This document shows positions 39,723-53,200 of a stretch of 64,000 nucleotides of DNA, in pieces (the stretch's first letter is position 1; every line of letters begins with the position of its first letter). Position numbers and translations under genes: made by a program. The DNA lies in assembly GCA_905178155.1 (NCBI GenBank), contig CAJINV010000005.1, positions 736,564 through 800,563 of the forward strand, given 5' to 3'. The notes beneath the pieces were generated by a model. The model was not told the origin of the DNA, ran no database searches, and saw nothing but the letters and a program-made list of their open reading frames with translations. The DNA is from Amoebophrya sp. A120 (taxonomy: Eukaryota > Protista > Dinoflagellata).

Positions 39723-40577
39723 CTACACTCGCCACTCTGCGGCTAGGTGCGTTGCTGGCTTCCGCCGCCTGCGGTCGGGCAACTGTTCGCGGCAGGAGGC
39801 GACCATGAAAAAGCCGAAGCACTTGTCTTCCGGGTCCTCCATGCCGAGAAACTTGGCCATCTCCGCGCTGTCTCGCGCGGCGCCGTGCCACGAGCTCCAG
39901 TAGCAGGCCAGACTGGGAAATTTGGTCGCTTGCACGTGCATGTTCTGCACTGCGCAGGCCGTTGCGGCCGCCTCTTCCCACTCCTGCATGCGCTTCTTCG
40001 GACTGGCTTGCCGCCGCATGACGATGGCGATCATGTAGGACACCGGCCCCCAGCGCCGGGAAATCTCGCCCTCGGTCATTTCGCGCCACTTCTCGTAGTC
40101 CGCCTCGGTTCTCTCCTGTCCGGCGGGAACTTTGTTCGCACCCGGAAACCCCGCCTCGCGCCAATTTTGGTCGTAGAACGCCAGCGTGAGCCGCTGCATC
40201 TCGACCATGGCGTCCTTTCCCAAGACGACGAAACGCCAGGGCGGAACCGGACCGTGGTAGGGCGCCCACATGGCCGCCTGGAGCAAGGATTCAACGACGC
40301 GGGGTTCCGCGGGTTTTCCGCCTTGCACATAATCTTTCGGGAACACCGAACGGCGGTTGCGCAACGACGGAAGAAGGGCGAATTCGGAGTTCTCCTCGTC
40401 TTCGGTTCTTTCCCCGTCCTCGTCCTCGCCCTTTGCTCGTCTCCTTCGCCGCTGTTTCCTGGCTTGCCAGTACGAGACGGAAGCGGCCGCGAGCGCAAGA
40501 GTCGCGAACCCTAACAGAGCTGTTGTGGCACTGCTGTGGGAGGATGAGGAGCTACTGTTGCCACCAGAGGAGACCAT
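39723..40577 (-). CDS. Nitroreductase family protein (YdjA-like) with N-terminal anchor; intronless
   Basis: RRSVFP, AAMWAPYHG..PPWRFVV and AATACAVQNMHVQAT motifs. Confidence 0.9.
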   Translation of the reverse strand: MVSSGGNSSSSSSHSSATTALLGFATLALAAASVSYWQARKQRRRRRAKGEDEDGERTEDEENSEFALLPSLRNRRSVFPKDYVQGGKPAEPRVVESLLQAAMWAPYHGPVPPWRFVVLGKDAMVEMQRLTLAFYDQNWREAGFPGANKVPAGQERTEADYEKWREMTEGEISRRWGPVSYMIAIVMRRQASPKKRMQEWEEAAATACAVQNMHVQATKFPSLACYWSSWHGAARDSAEMAKFLGMEDPEDKCFGFFMVASCREQLPDRRRRKPATHLAAEWRV

Positions 40578-41215
40578 TTTGATTGTAGAGTGCAATGAAT
40601 AAACTTTATACTCTACACATAAATCTATAAACGTCCGACACAACAGGTTGCAATGTGATAACAAGTCAAGCTCATTGTCGAAACTACCTCGGATGAAGAT
40701 GGTGTTGATTTGATCATCGGGGTGCCTGAATCACTCTTTTACTTTTTGCTCCACAACTTTCGCCTTGGTAACTTTCGCTTCTTGCGCCCATACCTGCTAG
40801 AGAACTTCAAATTACATACTTGGTCAATGAACTTTCACATGCGATATCATGGCCTTCTGAGTCGCAATATTCTGAAAGTGAAAATATTTCCATTATTTAT
40901 GCTTAACATTTTTGCCACATATGTTGTTTTTCCAGATTCAACATGTCATCTGTATCTGTGATTTTCGTTTCAATCATAATCTTATTTTTCACTTTGATTT
41001 TTGATAATCGCCAAAGAAGATAGGTCAGCAGCAGAGTGAAAGAAAGACGAGACTAGCGAAATGAAGTTTCGACTCAAAAATCCATATTATTTGTAGTTTT
41101 TATTCTCATACATTTCACCAAATCGAGCTCCGAAATGGTAAAGAATCCGAATCATTGTCATTAAGTGTTAGTGTGAATGTGATATTAAGTGTCTATGAAA
41201 TGCAAATCTTGTGAC

Positions 41216-44200
41216 CTAAAGAAACGAGCTCGTGACGCGTTTGTACATCCACCTCTGCATCACGCAGCGGTTGTCAATTTGCACCAGCTTCAAGAACAAA
41301 AAAAACTTCATAACCTTGATGAACCGGTTGGGATCATTCGACACCCGCGCGTACACCCGTCCCAACTTCGCCTGTGCGCCCTGTGCATTTTCCGACTCGA
41401 ACCACTTGCCCCCGCCGCCGCCCTCATCGAAGAGGACACCAAACCTGTTTTTTATTTCTGTTTCACTTCCACTAAGGCCTACGCTTTTACTTTGACTAAA
41501 AGTAGACAGGCAAAGACGGAGACCACGGTCGTGAACGCGGCACACGCATCTGATTATCCTTTTCCTTCCGTAGGAACGAGCCAAGCGCATTAAACCAAGA
41601 AAAGTTTGGCATGTTGTTGCTCGTGTCTATTCATCGATCAAGTACAGTACCCCTTCGCCATTTCCTTCGTGAGCACAAACTCCCGGAGGTAGTGCCGGTG
41701 CACTTGGTCAAACGCCAGCCGGTGCTCCCGGTTATAAGCGTACAACAGTGGGAACAACGCGTCAGTATGGAAGCGTCAGGTTTGAAATCGTCAGAGTTGA
41801 AATAGTTTGTCACGCATAAAACGGATACCAGTTAGACCCACAGTTTGTAGTCGGTGCATGACAAATTTTCCTGGTCCTGGAAGCGAGTCTGTCATGCGGT
41901 TTAGGGCAAAAGAGCTACCTTCTGTCATGCTAGTCAGCAGTCCAACTCTTGACCCTTACCAGGACTATAATCCGCCGCCCGTGCGTTCTCTGCAATGGAG
42001 TCACTTTTTGTATCGCATTTTATGCATGACAAATCATTTCAACTTTGACGATTTCAATCCTGACACTCCCATAGTCAGAAAGCAGGTAGTAAAAAAGCAG
42101 CAGCATCGGGTCGTCCACCGAAGATGGGCGGACGTGCATGTGGTTCAGTGCGACATTACAATGAAACATGCCCCCACCCCCAAAGTTGCAATGATTTGTG
42201 ATGCAAAGTTTCCAAATGAAAACTTTTTGTCATGCATGAAAGGACTATGAATCTTTCTGATGCAGAGTCTCGCCGTATATCGCATTGCTTGCATGACAAG
42301 CGCCGCTCTTGCTGGGATCTTGCGCAATGCAAATTTTTTCTATTCACGATTGGAAATTTGTGATGCTGATAGATGCAAGAGGGCGAATGTTTCATTTGCA
42401 AAGGTTTGCAATACAAATGCTCCCAAGTTCGGGGGTGGGGGCATTTTTCATTGTAATACGCGAGGCGCGAAAACCGGTTGACTTGGGACTGGAACATCTC
42501 GGTGCGCTGCATGGTTTCCTCTAGGTACCACGCTAACACTTCTTCCGCACGGGCAAGAAGAGCGACCCGGAGGTGGCACACGGGTTGGGAGGTAGAAGCT
42601 GCTGGAACATCAAGCTCTACTGCACTACTTCTGGAAGCACTTGTGTAGTATGCCTCCTTGGTGATGTTGAAGTCCATCGCCTGCCACCAGTCCGGCCAGC
42701 GGTAGAACTCCATGTCTGGCGGGGACACGGGAAAGGTCGCGAGAAATTCGGACTTGTAATTGGGCGCGGACGTCTGCAGCTGCGTGAACACCCGGTCTGC
42801 TAACAGCTGCAGCAGCGACTGCTGCTCCTCGGTGTAGCCGGTGGCCATCCTCTGCGGATCCCCTTCCGCCTCGGCGTAGATTTCTTCGATACTGCTCAAT
42901 TCTTCCAGCAGCTTATCTGCCGACGCGAGGTTGATGGCGTAGTCCCCCTGCGAATTTCGCCCGGCCTGCTGCAGCTCCGCCATGCGCTCCTCGTGGTGCT
43001 TCTTCTCCGCGTCGGTGGTGTCGTTTTTGTAGCCCAGGATGTGCGGCCGCAGATGGACATAGTTCAACCCGTAGGAGTAGGACGAGGTCGCACTAGTACC
43101 TTCTTCCTTTGTCGCGTACGCAGGGAGGTAGAGCTTGCGCAGCGACGGGTAGATGTGGCTGTCGTCCCGAAGATGTTTTACTTGAAAGGACGTGAGCCGC
43201 TGTTCGTCGTCTTGAAAATGACCACTTGCAGCTCCCTTGCTAGTAGTCTCGTCCTGGTCAGAAGAAGCAATGATGGCAGTACTCTTGAGAAGGTCTTGCG
43301 CCGCACCAGCTGTCGTACTTCTACCGCTTGTCTTGCTGAGGAAGTTCAACTGCAACGCGTTTTGACAGTCCCGGACGAAATTCCGCGTCCAGTATTTTCG
43401 TTGCTCGATGCTGACCAGCTTGCGGTAATCCTTTAAGGCCCTTGGCCCTGAAACCGATTTCAGGTTCAAATCCTGCAAGTTCGCCAGGTAGAGGATCGGG
43501 ATCAGGAAGTTCGCTATCAACTGCAAAAATGTCGGGGTCTGGAAACCTGTGATGCAAGTCCGTGAACAATAAAGTGCTCTGTAATGCGCCGCCAAGCATT
43601 ACAAGTTTTTTCGTGTTTCTGTGCTGCGTATCTCGCATGAGAAACTGCGTTTTTGCATGACACACAATAGGACCAGGACCTCTTCGCGGGCACGCAATAC
43701 AGAGCTTAGAGTCATGCCACACGAGCATGACAAATCTCGCAATCTCCCAGACCCAGACATATTTGCAGTTCATATTCTCGTCCTTGTCCTTAAACGCCAC
43801 GTCCCCCCGTTCGTACTCTATCAAATGTAAAAATGTCTGGGTCTGGAAGGTTGCCAGGTTTGTCATGCATATTTTACATGACTCAAGATGTCTGTAATGC
43901 ATGATCTGGCATCACATATTTTTAGAGGCCTTCCTGATGCCTATCCCGCATGACAAATGCCCTCCCCGCGTAGCACAAAGTGGGCTCCTATTGCTGGTCA
44001 TACCATACAGATTTTTTTAGAGTCCAAAGTTAGCATCACAAGTTGCATTCTTCCAGACCCAGACATTTTTGCATTTGATATATTCCGCGAAGAGTTTATG
44101 CCGGTCTTCCAAGACGGCGTTGTCGTGTAACGCGACGTGGTGTTGCCACGGAACCGCCAGCGCTTCGGCCACGACTTTGATCAGTTTCCGCCACTTGTTA

Positions 44201-47200
44201 CTGAAAACGAGCCGGACCAAGCCGTCCCGCAGTGTCGGCGTCCTCCCGTCGATGATCCCGGGGATTTTTCTCTTGTCGTACCGTTGCGTTTCGAAAGCTA
44301 GATTCGGCACGGTTTTCAGCTCCACAAAGTTGTCGTACACCAAAGACAAAAACCGCTTGAAGGAGATCGGGCCTTCGTCGAGGTTCAGTACCCGCTTCAA
44401 CCACAGCCCTAAACCCCGGAAAACTTCCTCCTCCTCCTTTTCTCGCTCGAGACGGGACGCCCTTCCTGTGTCAACGATGTCTAAAGATTCATCATTCTCA
44501 TCGTCGGGCCTGAGGAAGATGTCCAGTGTTCTCTGCAGGTAGCTGTCAGAAGCGACCACCTCGGTGCAGCTGAAGTGAGGTACGGAGGTAGAAGTACTCC
44601 CATGAAGATCTTCCGGCTTATTTGCAGAAGATTCTGACTCGGCGCGGGCGGACGAAGACTCTTCATGTAGTGCCGTCGTACTTGTGGTCGTTGTTGATGT
44701 ACTTCTTGTGGATATAATTTCTGGTTCTTTCAACACATCGCTTTTGCTTTTCCCAGCTATCTGTATCTTTTTCCCATACTCCTCCTCCCGGCTGAGTTGC
44801 TGTGCAAACACCGGGTCGAATACCGTGTGCAGCCGCAAAGTCGCCGCTGGGTCGTGCACCTTGGATGGGTAGACCTCTTCGACGCTGTTCGCCCGATCGA
44901 TCTTCGCTTTTTCCTCCAGGCTGGGTATCACATTGATTTTCTTTGCAAAATCGCTGGCGGGGCGGCTCATCGCGTAGCGGTAGTGGTGGATGCTCAAATC
45001 GGCCATGCGACTGATGTGCAACTGCGTCCCGACCCGGCCGCGCATGCACCGCTGCCCGACCAGCAGCATCTCCCCGGGGCGCACGGCGGTGCTCTTCATG
45101 CTTTTGCGGCTCCCCGCGGCATTGGCCTCCTTGATCGGGCGGTACTCATCCGGAGCAATGACGGTGAGGCTCTGGAGAAATTCGCCTGCCAATTTGTTTC
45201 CGTTCTCTAACTTTTCCAGGCCGATCTGGTGCACGCGGTCGCGGCTGAGATGGCATACACCGCCCTGGGTTATATTGGTACTACTTACGCCGTCATGGAA
45301 CATCCTCTCCGGATCTTCAAAAACAAACCTCGGCACGCCGTCCTCGTGCGTCGTTTCGGAGAGGATATTTGCTTTTTCGCCCCCCGTCGTCTGCATCACC
45401 GTTTGGACGGAATACGGCTCGCCGAATTCCCGCTTCATCATGTTCAGCAGCATGTGTCCGTGCGGGAAACTGCTTCCAGTCTTGCTGCCAAACTTCTCCA
45501 GACTCGTTTTTTCATCCTCTACTTTCGGCCCACGGGGAAACACGAATTCCCGCACCGGCGTTTTCGGGATCGGCAGGCGGAAGGACCAGCGGTCCCAGGG
45601 CGTTGGCCAGACTTCCGACACGACGTCAAAGTCGGTCAGAACCTTGGTCTCCGCGTCCGGAATTTGCTCCACTTTCTCCACAAACAGCGGCTGCAAGTCA
45701 TCGGGGCCGCCGTAGGTGATCTCCTGGATGTAGACGCCGGAGGTGACGGGCCGAGGGAGGGTAATGGCGGACTCGAAACCTATTTCTTGGTGCGGTTGGG
45801 CGGCTGAAGATGCAGCTCTTGATGCCACGTTGACAGCAGGAGCGTCATTACTAGTAGAGCCTGAAAAGACTCCTGGGGGAATCTTGCACTCCGCCGTTTT
45901 CCTCTCCGCGTACCCGACGGGCGTGGTGCCTATCAAATGTAAAAATGTCTGGGTCTGGAAGGTTGAAGCTTGTGATGCTAATTCTGGATCATACAAAAAT
46001 CTGTGTTGCAAGAATGCCAAAAGTTGCCCGCTTTTGACGAAGTTGAGAGGAAGTTTCTCATGCAGGATAGGCATGATAGGGATCCCGCAGAATCTGTCAT
46101 GTTAGGTTCTGCATTGCAGATGACATGGATCATGGAAAATCTGCATGACAAGTCTCGGAATCTTCCAGACCCAGACATTTTTGCATTTGATAGTGCCGAA
46201 GTAGGTGCGAAAGCGCTCGTGAAAAGTAGTTGGGCGGGTTTGTGCAGTAGTTTTTATCACAAGGAAAAATCCCCCCTCCCCATATCAAACGGAAGTTTCT
46301 GACGCTGGATCTGCGTATACAAATCAGGTTTGTCTTGCAGTAGAGGACTGCAGGCTCCTGCCAAGCCTGAGTAGAGAGGTTTTGGCCTAGGCACTTAGCA
46401 TGAGAAACGTCTATGCTGTAGGCCCAACAGCATCACAAACCGCCTGCATAATGCGGCAGAGCCTGCGGAGTTGTCTTCTTGCACGACAGACGTGATTTGT
46501 GGTCTCAAATCAGCAAGACAAATTTTCGGAAACATACCTTTTCGATATGGGGAGGGGGGATTTTTCCTCTCAATAGTTTCAGCTACGACTTTATTTTTTG
46601 TGCTTTGATCATTTTCATCCCACGTGTACCGGCTCCCCGGGACCATTGCCTCGTCCAGATCCGTGTACAGAAGCCAGTCCACGTGGCGATTCCGATAGAG
46701 GCAGGCCGTGTTCACGAGTCCCTGCGCGGCGACCAGGTCCCACTCCATAGACGCGCTGTTGATCCGGTCTTCACAGTACAGAGTCATCAGCTCCGGCGCC
46801 ACGCGGTAGAGCGAGAAGCTCTCGACCTTAGTCATTTTGCTTTGCTGATGGTTCATCTGTGGCCGAAGATTTTTCGTTTTCGAATCACTCGACGTGCTGT
46901 CATTGTCAACATCATGTGGAAGTTCATGGGACGCGGCTGCGTCATCTTCCCCTAAGATCTCTCGCAGCTTTTCCAGGTCCGGCCTGGCCGTGTCCGGCGG
47001 ACCGAGCTCGTACATGGAGATCTGCCGGGGGGCGATTTGCGCTTTCTGCACTTCCGTCCACTGGTTCAGCAACACTCCCTGCTGCTGGAAAATGCCCGCT
47101 CTGCGGAGTCCGAACAACCCTGGCAGGCAGGTGCCGAACTCCAAGTGCTGCTTGTCAATTATACTCTTCGGACTAGTCAACATGCTGCCTTTTCTACTAC

Positions 47201-50200
47201 TAGCGGATGTCGTTTGATGTTCCAATTCCATCGCTCGGCTCCATAAAACGTCAAAGGCTGGGCGGAAAACGTCAGCAGCGGTTTTGATCACCACCTTCTT
47301 CCTCTTTCTTGCATCTCCCTCGTCTAATAATCCAGGTTCGTCTGGTGGTTCTGCTATCCGGCATACCGGCACAGCGAACAGGGTGGTCATCCGGTCGCTC
47401 ATCATGCCGAAGTTGTTCTGGTCCAACACTTTCGACAGGTAGTTCGGATCCGTTTCCTTGAGCTTCTGCTTCACAATGTTCAACTTTTCCAGCTGATGCA
47501 GAAAGAGCTTCACGTGGTGGCCCTGCACCCCACTGTATTCAAACGTCAGGCTGAAGGAGTCGATGGAGAGAAACTGCGTGTCTTTCTTCGCCAATTTTCG
47601 CGCGATTTCCGAGGTTTTGGTGGAGATAACGCACTGGATCACGAACCCGGGGAGACTGGCTCGGGGAAAGAACCTGCGCATTTGCACCTCGTTGACGAAA
47701 GATTCGTGTTTGATGACCGAGCACGCCGTGTTCTCCAGCCACGCCCGGTGGTAGCCTGCACCGTAGAGCAATTCGCACCGGGAGGGGGTTTCGATGGACA
47801 GTTGCGCCGCACCGTTCACGGAACGAAGGGCGAATTCGAGAACAAATTTATTTTCGGAGGGTGGTGAAGTGGTCTCTACAACTCCTGCGTCGGCAGAAGC
47901 TGTCGGAACTACTCTCCTCCTTCTCAAATCTACGACCTTACCGACTCCCAGCCCCAGCAGGATCAGCTCGCTCGGGTAGCCTTCCACCGGCAGGCGCAAC
48001 GGGCCACCACACAAGCGGTACTGGTCCCAGAGGACGCAGCTTTCGAAGTTGTGGTCGAGATTGGCTTTGGCAAGATTTTCATCCGATTTGACCATGCTGA
48101 CCGCCTGCCCGAGGAGTTGGTCTGAAACTACCGGACACGTGGTCATCACCTCATCGTTGCGCAGGACGCTTTGCAGGGCGAAGTCGTCATCTTCGTTCTT
48201 GCTCACCTCCCGCTGACTCTTTCTATTTGCTGACGGTGGTGGATCTGGATGTGTGCCTTTTTGTGCTGCTGAAATGTTGTCGTGTTTCTCGTCCTCGACA
48301 TTGATACTTGAAGTTTTCGTTTGCCTTCGCCTTCGCCTTCTCCACGCCGCCACCGTTTTCTTGTCGAGAATGATATCCCGGACGGCAACTCTGCTAATGT
48401 TCGGATTCCCGGCGGGCTATGAACTGCAAAAGTATGCATCGTACTCGTATAAATGCATTACAAATTTTCTCAGCATGAGAAATAAAATTTGTAATGCTGA
48501 TACAACTTAAAGGAAAGATTTGTGATGCTAAAACAACCGCACCGACATTGCCATTGTCCATTATCACTGGGGAAGCAAGCCTCCGCAGGCGCTGGAGCGG
48601 CATAGGGTCAGAACCGCGAAAACATCGCGAGTATTTCTTCATCCCCGGGCACTCTTATATTTTTCTGACCATACTTTGCGCTCACAACTGTAATAGAAGC
48701 AGACAGGGAATCCGTGATTGGATTACACAGACCCCCAGAAACCTGCTATACAATGAGATCAATGTATGGAAGCTAACAGACCCAAGCCGTATGGTGATCT
48801 CGTAGATCTACAGCAAGGGCGTTTTAGAGCTTCCACGCAGTGCAACTACAGGACATAGATGCGGAAATTGAAGAACTGCGGCCCTTTCTGTGGACTGGGG
48901 GGGACGAGAGACCTTTGCCGGGCTCTGGCGTGTCCTTGCCGCTGGTCTATCCGCCGCGCCACTCGTTCCTTCTACCACTTCGCTGGCTGTCGCCGCTGGG
49001 GCAAATGCTTGGGGCCGAGGAATTTGCAGCAACGCTTCTGTTGTTGAGTGCCCCTACACATCTGTTGTTGAGTGCTACGGGAGTAAGCCGCCTGTTGGGC
49101 TTACCGCTGAAAATTCCTCTAGCCCTGCCGCATTTGAGGAGACTCCTACCGTTCCATTCCGCTCTGTGGTAGCCGACTCTCGCCTCCCCGGATTGCGGTT
49201 GTACGGCACGACTACTATTTACCGCTCCTCAGGACACCCGCAGGACGGTAAACGGCGACGCCGCGAACATGGAGAAGTTGCTGCCCATGCCCGTCAGGCT
49301 AAGCGAGGACCTTGCTGCTGCGCAGGATGGTGCGTGGACGACTGCTGCAGGATTCAGGCACCGTGTCCGGGCGGGGAGGAGGTCATTTTTAGGAGGGGTA
49401 CTCGGCAGCACGGGGCGCTGGTTCTGAGATCTCGGCTAGTGTAAAGGGGGGCCTGAGATCTAGTAGGCTACTATAAAGGGAGGCACAGCGGACCCGCCAC
49501 GCTCGGGTGTTTATCTACTTCTTTCGAAACTCCTCTTCAGGGAGTCGGGGGAGATACCGACGTGGTGTCAGTGGTGGTAAAATGATTGTGAATTATCGCA
49601 TCTTCTACTCTACGGCATAGCTCCCCCTATTCTAGATTTGTTGGATCTCAGGCAACAAGGAAAGATTTGTGATGCAAGACTTGCATTTATACGAATACGA
49701 TACTTTTGCACAGGATACGGGCACGGTTTTGCGCATGATCGAATCGAACAGCCCGACCGTATCAAATGCAAATATGTCTGGGTCTGGAAGAATCCAGGCT
49801 TCTCATGCTTGTCTGGCATGACAAAAAAGTTTGTGATGCGTGTCCAAGAAGAGACCCTTTTCCGCCCTTTTGCCTGTCATGCAAAAACGCAGTTTCTCAT
49901 GCGAAAAACGTAACATAAAGGACTGCAGATATTTCTCATGCTTGGCTGCGCATTACAGAGCATTCACTATTCCCAACACAGCATCACAAGTTTCCAGACC
50001 CAGACATTTTTGCATTTCATAGACCGCCTGCGCGGCCAATTCAAACGTATGGCTCCAGTCGTCGTCGTGCCGGGATGTTTTTGCTGCGCTCCCCCCCGCC
50101 ATGACCAAAGCGTTTAGTCTCTCCCTGCGGAAGAAGCTGTTGCCGAGAATCTGGGAAAAGAACAACATCAGCCACTGTAGCAGATTCAGCATGCTGGCAG

Positions 50201-53200
50201 AGGAACCTAAGTGGAGCGTGGTGGGAGAGGTGAGAATTTTCTCCTGAACGGCGAATACTTCTGGGTTAACAGCTGCACCAGCTGCAGCTACCCGGCGTAG
50301 TTTTTCTTTACTTCTTGGGACAAGCTTCCTTTTCTCCGCAGCAGCAGGTTCCTCTTGCTGTGTGCTTGAAGAGTCTCCTTTCGAAGACTGGTTCTTGTCG
50401 ACGCTCGTTTCAGTTTCTGCAACAAGTGCTGGCTTCGCTGGATTGATCTTTTTCTCGCTGGTCACACTGCGCTTCTTCCGCGGCCGGATGGAGGCCTTGT
50501 ATTTGGACTGCGAAGTAGGTTGATCCGGAGCTGTGGTACGGTCATTTTGCAACGTGTCGGGTTGTTCCACTTCCTGTTCGTGTTCCTTCAGTGTTGTCGA
50601 GTCATCTGAGCGTAGAAGTTCTCCATCTTCTACAAATTCGCCATGATGCACATCAGCCGGATTATATTTCTGCAATTTCTGCAAATCGATGCCCTTTTTC
50701 ATCTCACTCTGCCGCAACAGTGCCGGAATGCAGACCTGGTCGCGCCATTTCTGGTAGTGGGCGAACGCCTTGTCTTTCATGGCTATGTAGGCGAAGAGGA
50801 ACCACGCCATCCCGGCTGCCTCCAGCAAAACCAGGGCTCTGCTCAAGCACTGTGCGTGAATCGCACTTGCCAGGTCGCCACCGATCGCGAGCTCGACCAC
50901 CTGGGCTGCTGGAGATTCTTCTTCGGGCTTGTACAGGTACTGCACCTGGGTTTCGTCGCTTAAGCAGTCGAACAGCTCTTGTTGTTCCTGGCCCCTGGGA
51001 CGAGATGAAATTCTTGTAGAGGAGGAGTAATCTTCTTCACTCGAAGATTTATTCTCTTCGAGAAACTCCCGTAGCGCTTCCTCTGGATCCAGCTTAATAT
51101 TCTTTCGGTTTTTTGCGAAGTCGGCAAAGGAAAATGATGCCCTCTCGGTTTTGATGTGGTCCTCGTCCTCAGGACTTGTTGTGGAAGTTCCGACAGATCC
51201 TCGGCGTTGTTGTTCCTTGCGCAACTTACACCCCTTTCCGGTCACCACCGCGCCGACGTCCTTGGTGACGACGAGCCGGCTAATCACGTTTACCCGGTCC
51301 TCCACTTCCTGCTGTGGCATCAATTTGGATGGAGGCGGCAAGACCAGCAGTCGGTCCATGATCTTTTCGTACATATGGAAGTGTCAGATTTGAAATCGAC
51401 AAAGTTGAAATAACCTGTAATGCATAAAATCGATACCAGTTGGAAGCCTAATTTCCAAGCGGTGCATGACAAATTTCGGGACCGTCCAAATCCAGTTTGT
51501 GATGCTGTTTAGGGTCAGAAGGCGTCTTTTGCCATGCTACTTTAGCAGCTCTATTTCAAACCCTAAACAGGCTCACAATCGGCCTCACTTGCCATCCCGG
51601 CAAGACAGGCACTCCATGCCTTGCATTTTATGCATGACAAATCATTTCAACTTTGTCGATTTCAATCCTGACGCTTCCATAGTACAGGTACTGCCCGTAC
51701 AAGTCGTAGCTGTAGGGCATGTAGATGAACAGGTACATATCGAAAGGAAACATCCCCCCTCCCCATATCAAAACGATATTTCTAATGCTGGATTTGTGTA
51801 CACAAATCAGGTTTGTATTGCAGAGAGGCATTGCGGCCAGATCCCCAAGCTAGGTAGGGGCGTAGGGGTCTAGTTGTTCAGCATGGCAAACGGCTCAGCT
51901 TTAGGCCCAACAGCATGACAAATCGCTTCCATAATGGGGCGGAAGCTTCTGCCCTTGTCTTCTTGCAAGACAGAGGTGATTTGTGACCTCAAATCAGCAA
52001 CACAAATTTTCGGCAACATACCTTTTCGATATGGGAAGGGGGTATTTTTCCTTTTGATAGTACAGCGGCAGCATGAACTCGAACTCCGGCATCGTGTACT
52101 GCATCGAGCGGAACACCACCCTATCAACTGTAAAAATGTCTGGGTCTGGAAGAATTCATGTTTGTCATGCTTGTCTGGCATGACTCTTAAATCTATCTGT
52201 CATGCACGTTACCCAAGAGCTCCGTTTTTCTGTGATGCAGAAGCGCAGTTTGTCATGCAGAATAGGCAACACCTAGAAGCTCAGAAACTTGTCATGCTGA
52301 GCCAGCATCTGTAGCCTCATCATGAGACGCCACCCAGCATCACAAGTTTCCACCAGACCCAGACATTTTTACATTTGATACACCCCCGCCAGTGGGCACT
52401 TCGCGTTGGTCGCCAGTTCGAAGTAGTCAAACACCCGCGTGATTTTGTCCCAGAACCGGAACTATAAAATGCAAAAATGTCGGGGTCTGGAACATTCTAA
52501 ACTTGTGACGCTGTCTCTGGATTCTAAAAAAATTTGTATTGCAAGACCAGCAAGAGGACTCCACTTTGTGCTACGCGGAGAGGGCATTTCTCATGCGGTA
52601 GAGGTATCGCAAAGCCCTCTAAAAATCTGTGATGCTACGGCATGCATCACAGACGTCATGGCTCATGGAAAATATGCATGACAAATCTGAGAATCTTCCA
52701 GACACAGACATTTTTGCATTTGATAGGAACCGCTCGTCTTGCAGAACTTTCTTCGGGTGGGCGAGGAGAGACTCCCGCAAGTCCGCCACCGCGAATTCCT
52801 CCAAGCCTAAATTGTGAAATGTTTCGTTCCTAAAAAACGTGCTCGTCAATTGCGGCAGTCTTTCGCCTGGCCCGAACGGTTGGTGCCCCTGGTGGTCCGC
52901 CCAGTGCTCGAACGCCGGCCAATCGCCGCCCTGCGCGGCCGCGGCCAGCACTAGTGGGAACGGAAAATCGGTGAGGCAAGCGAAAGGGTCGACCATCGAT
53001 TCGTCCGCATTGCCATTTTCGTCGACTTCCAGTCTCATAGCGCGGACGTTGCTGTAGTCGTAAAGGTGCTTCTTTATTGCGCCCTGCCCATTGCGGAGAA
53101 ACGGGTTTTGGGTGGTCAGAGAATCTTGTATCTCTCTTCCTAAATTTCTGATATCCCCTATTTTCTTCTGCACCGCCAAAAACCCAAAGGTTTTCCCAGA

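Noticed and set aside
51369-52064. Identical TSD gtaca at two adjacent insertions as evidence of target specificity
   Set aside because: The other ~40 TSDs are diverse; likely coincidence in a Leu-Tyr-rich exon
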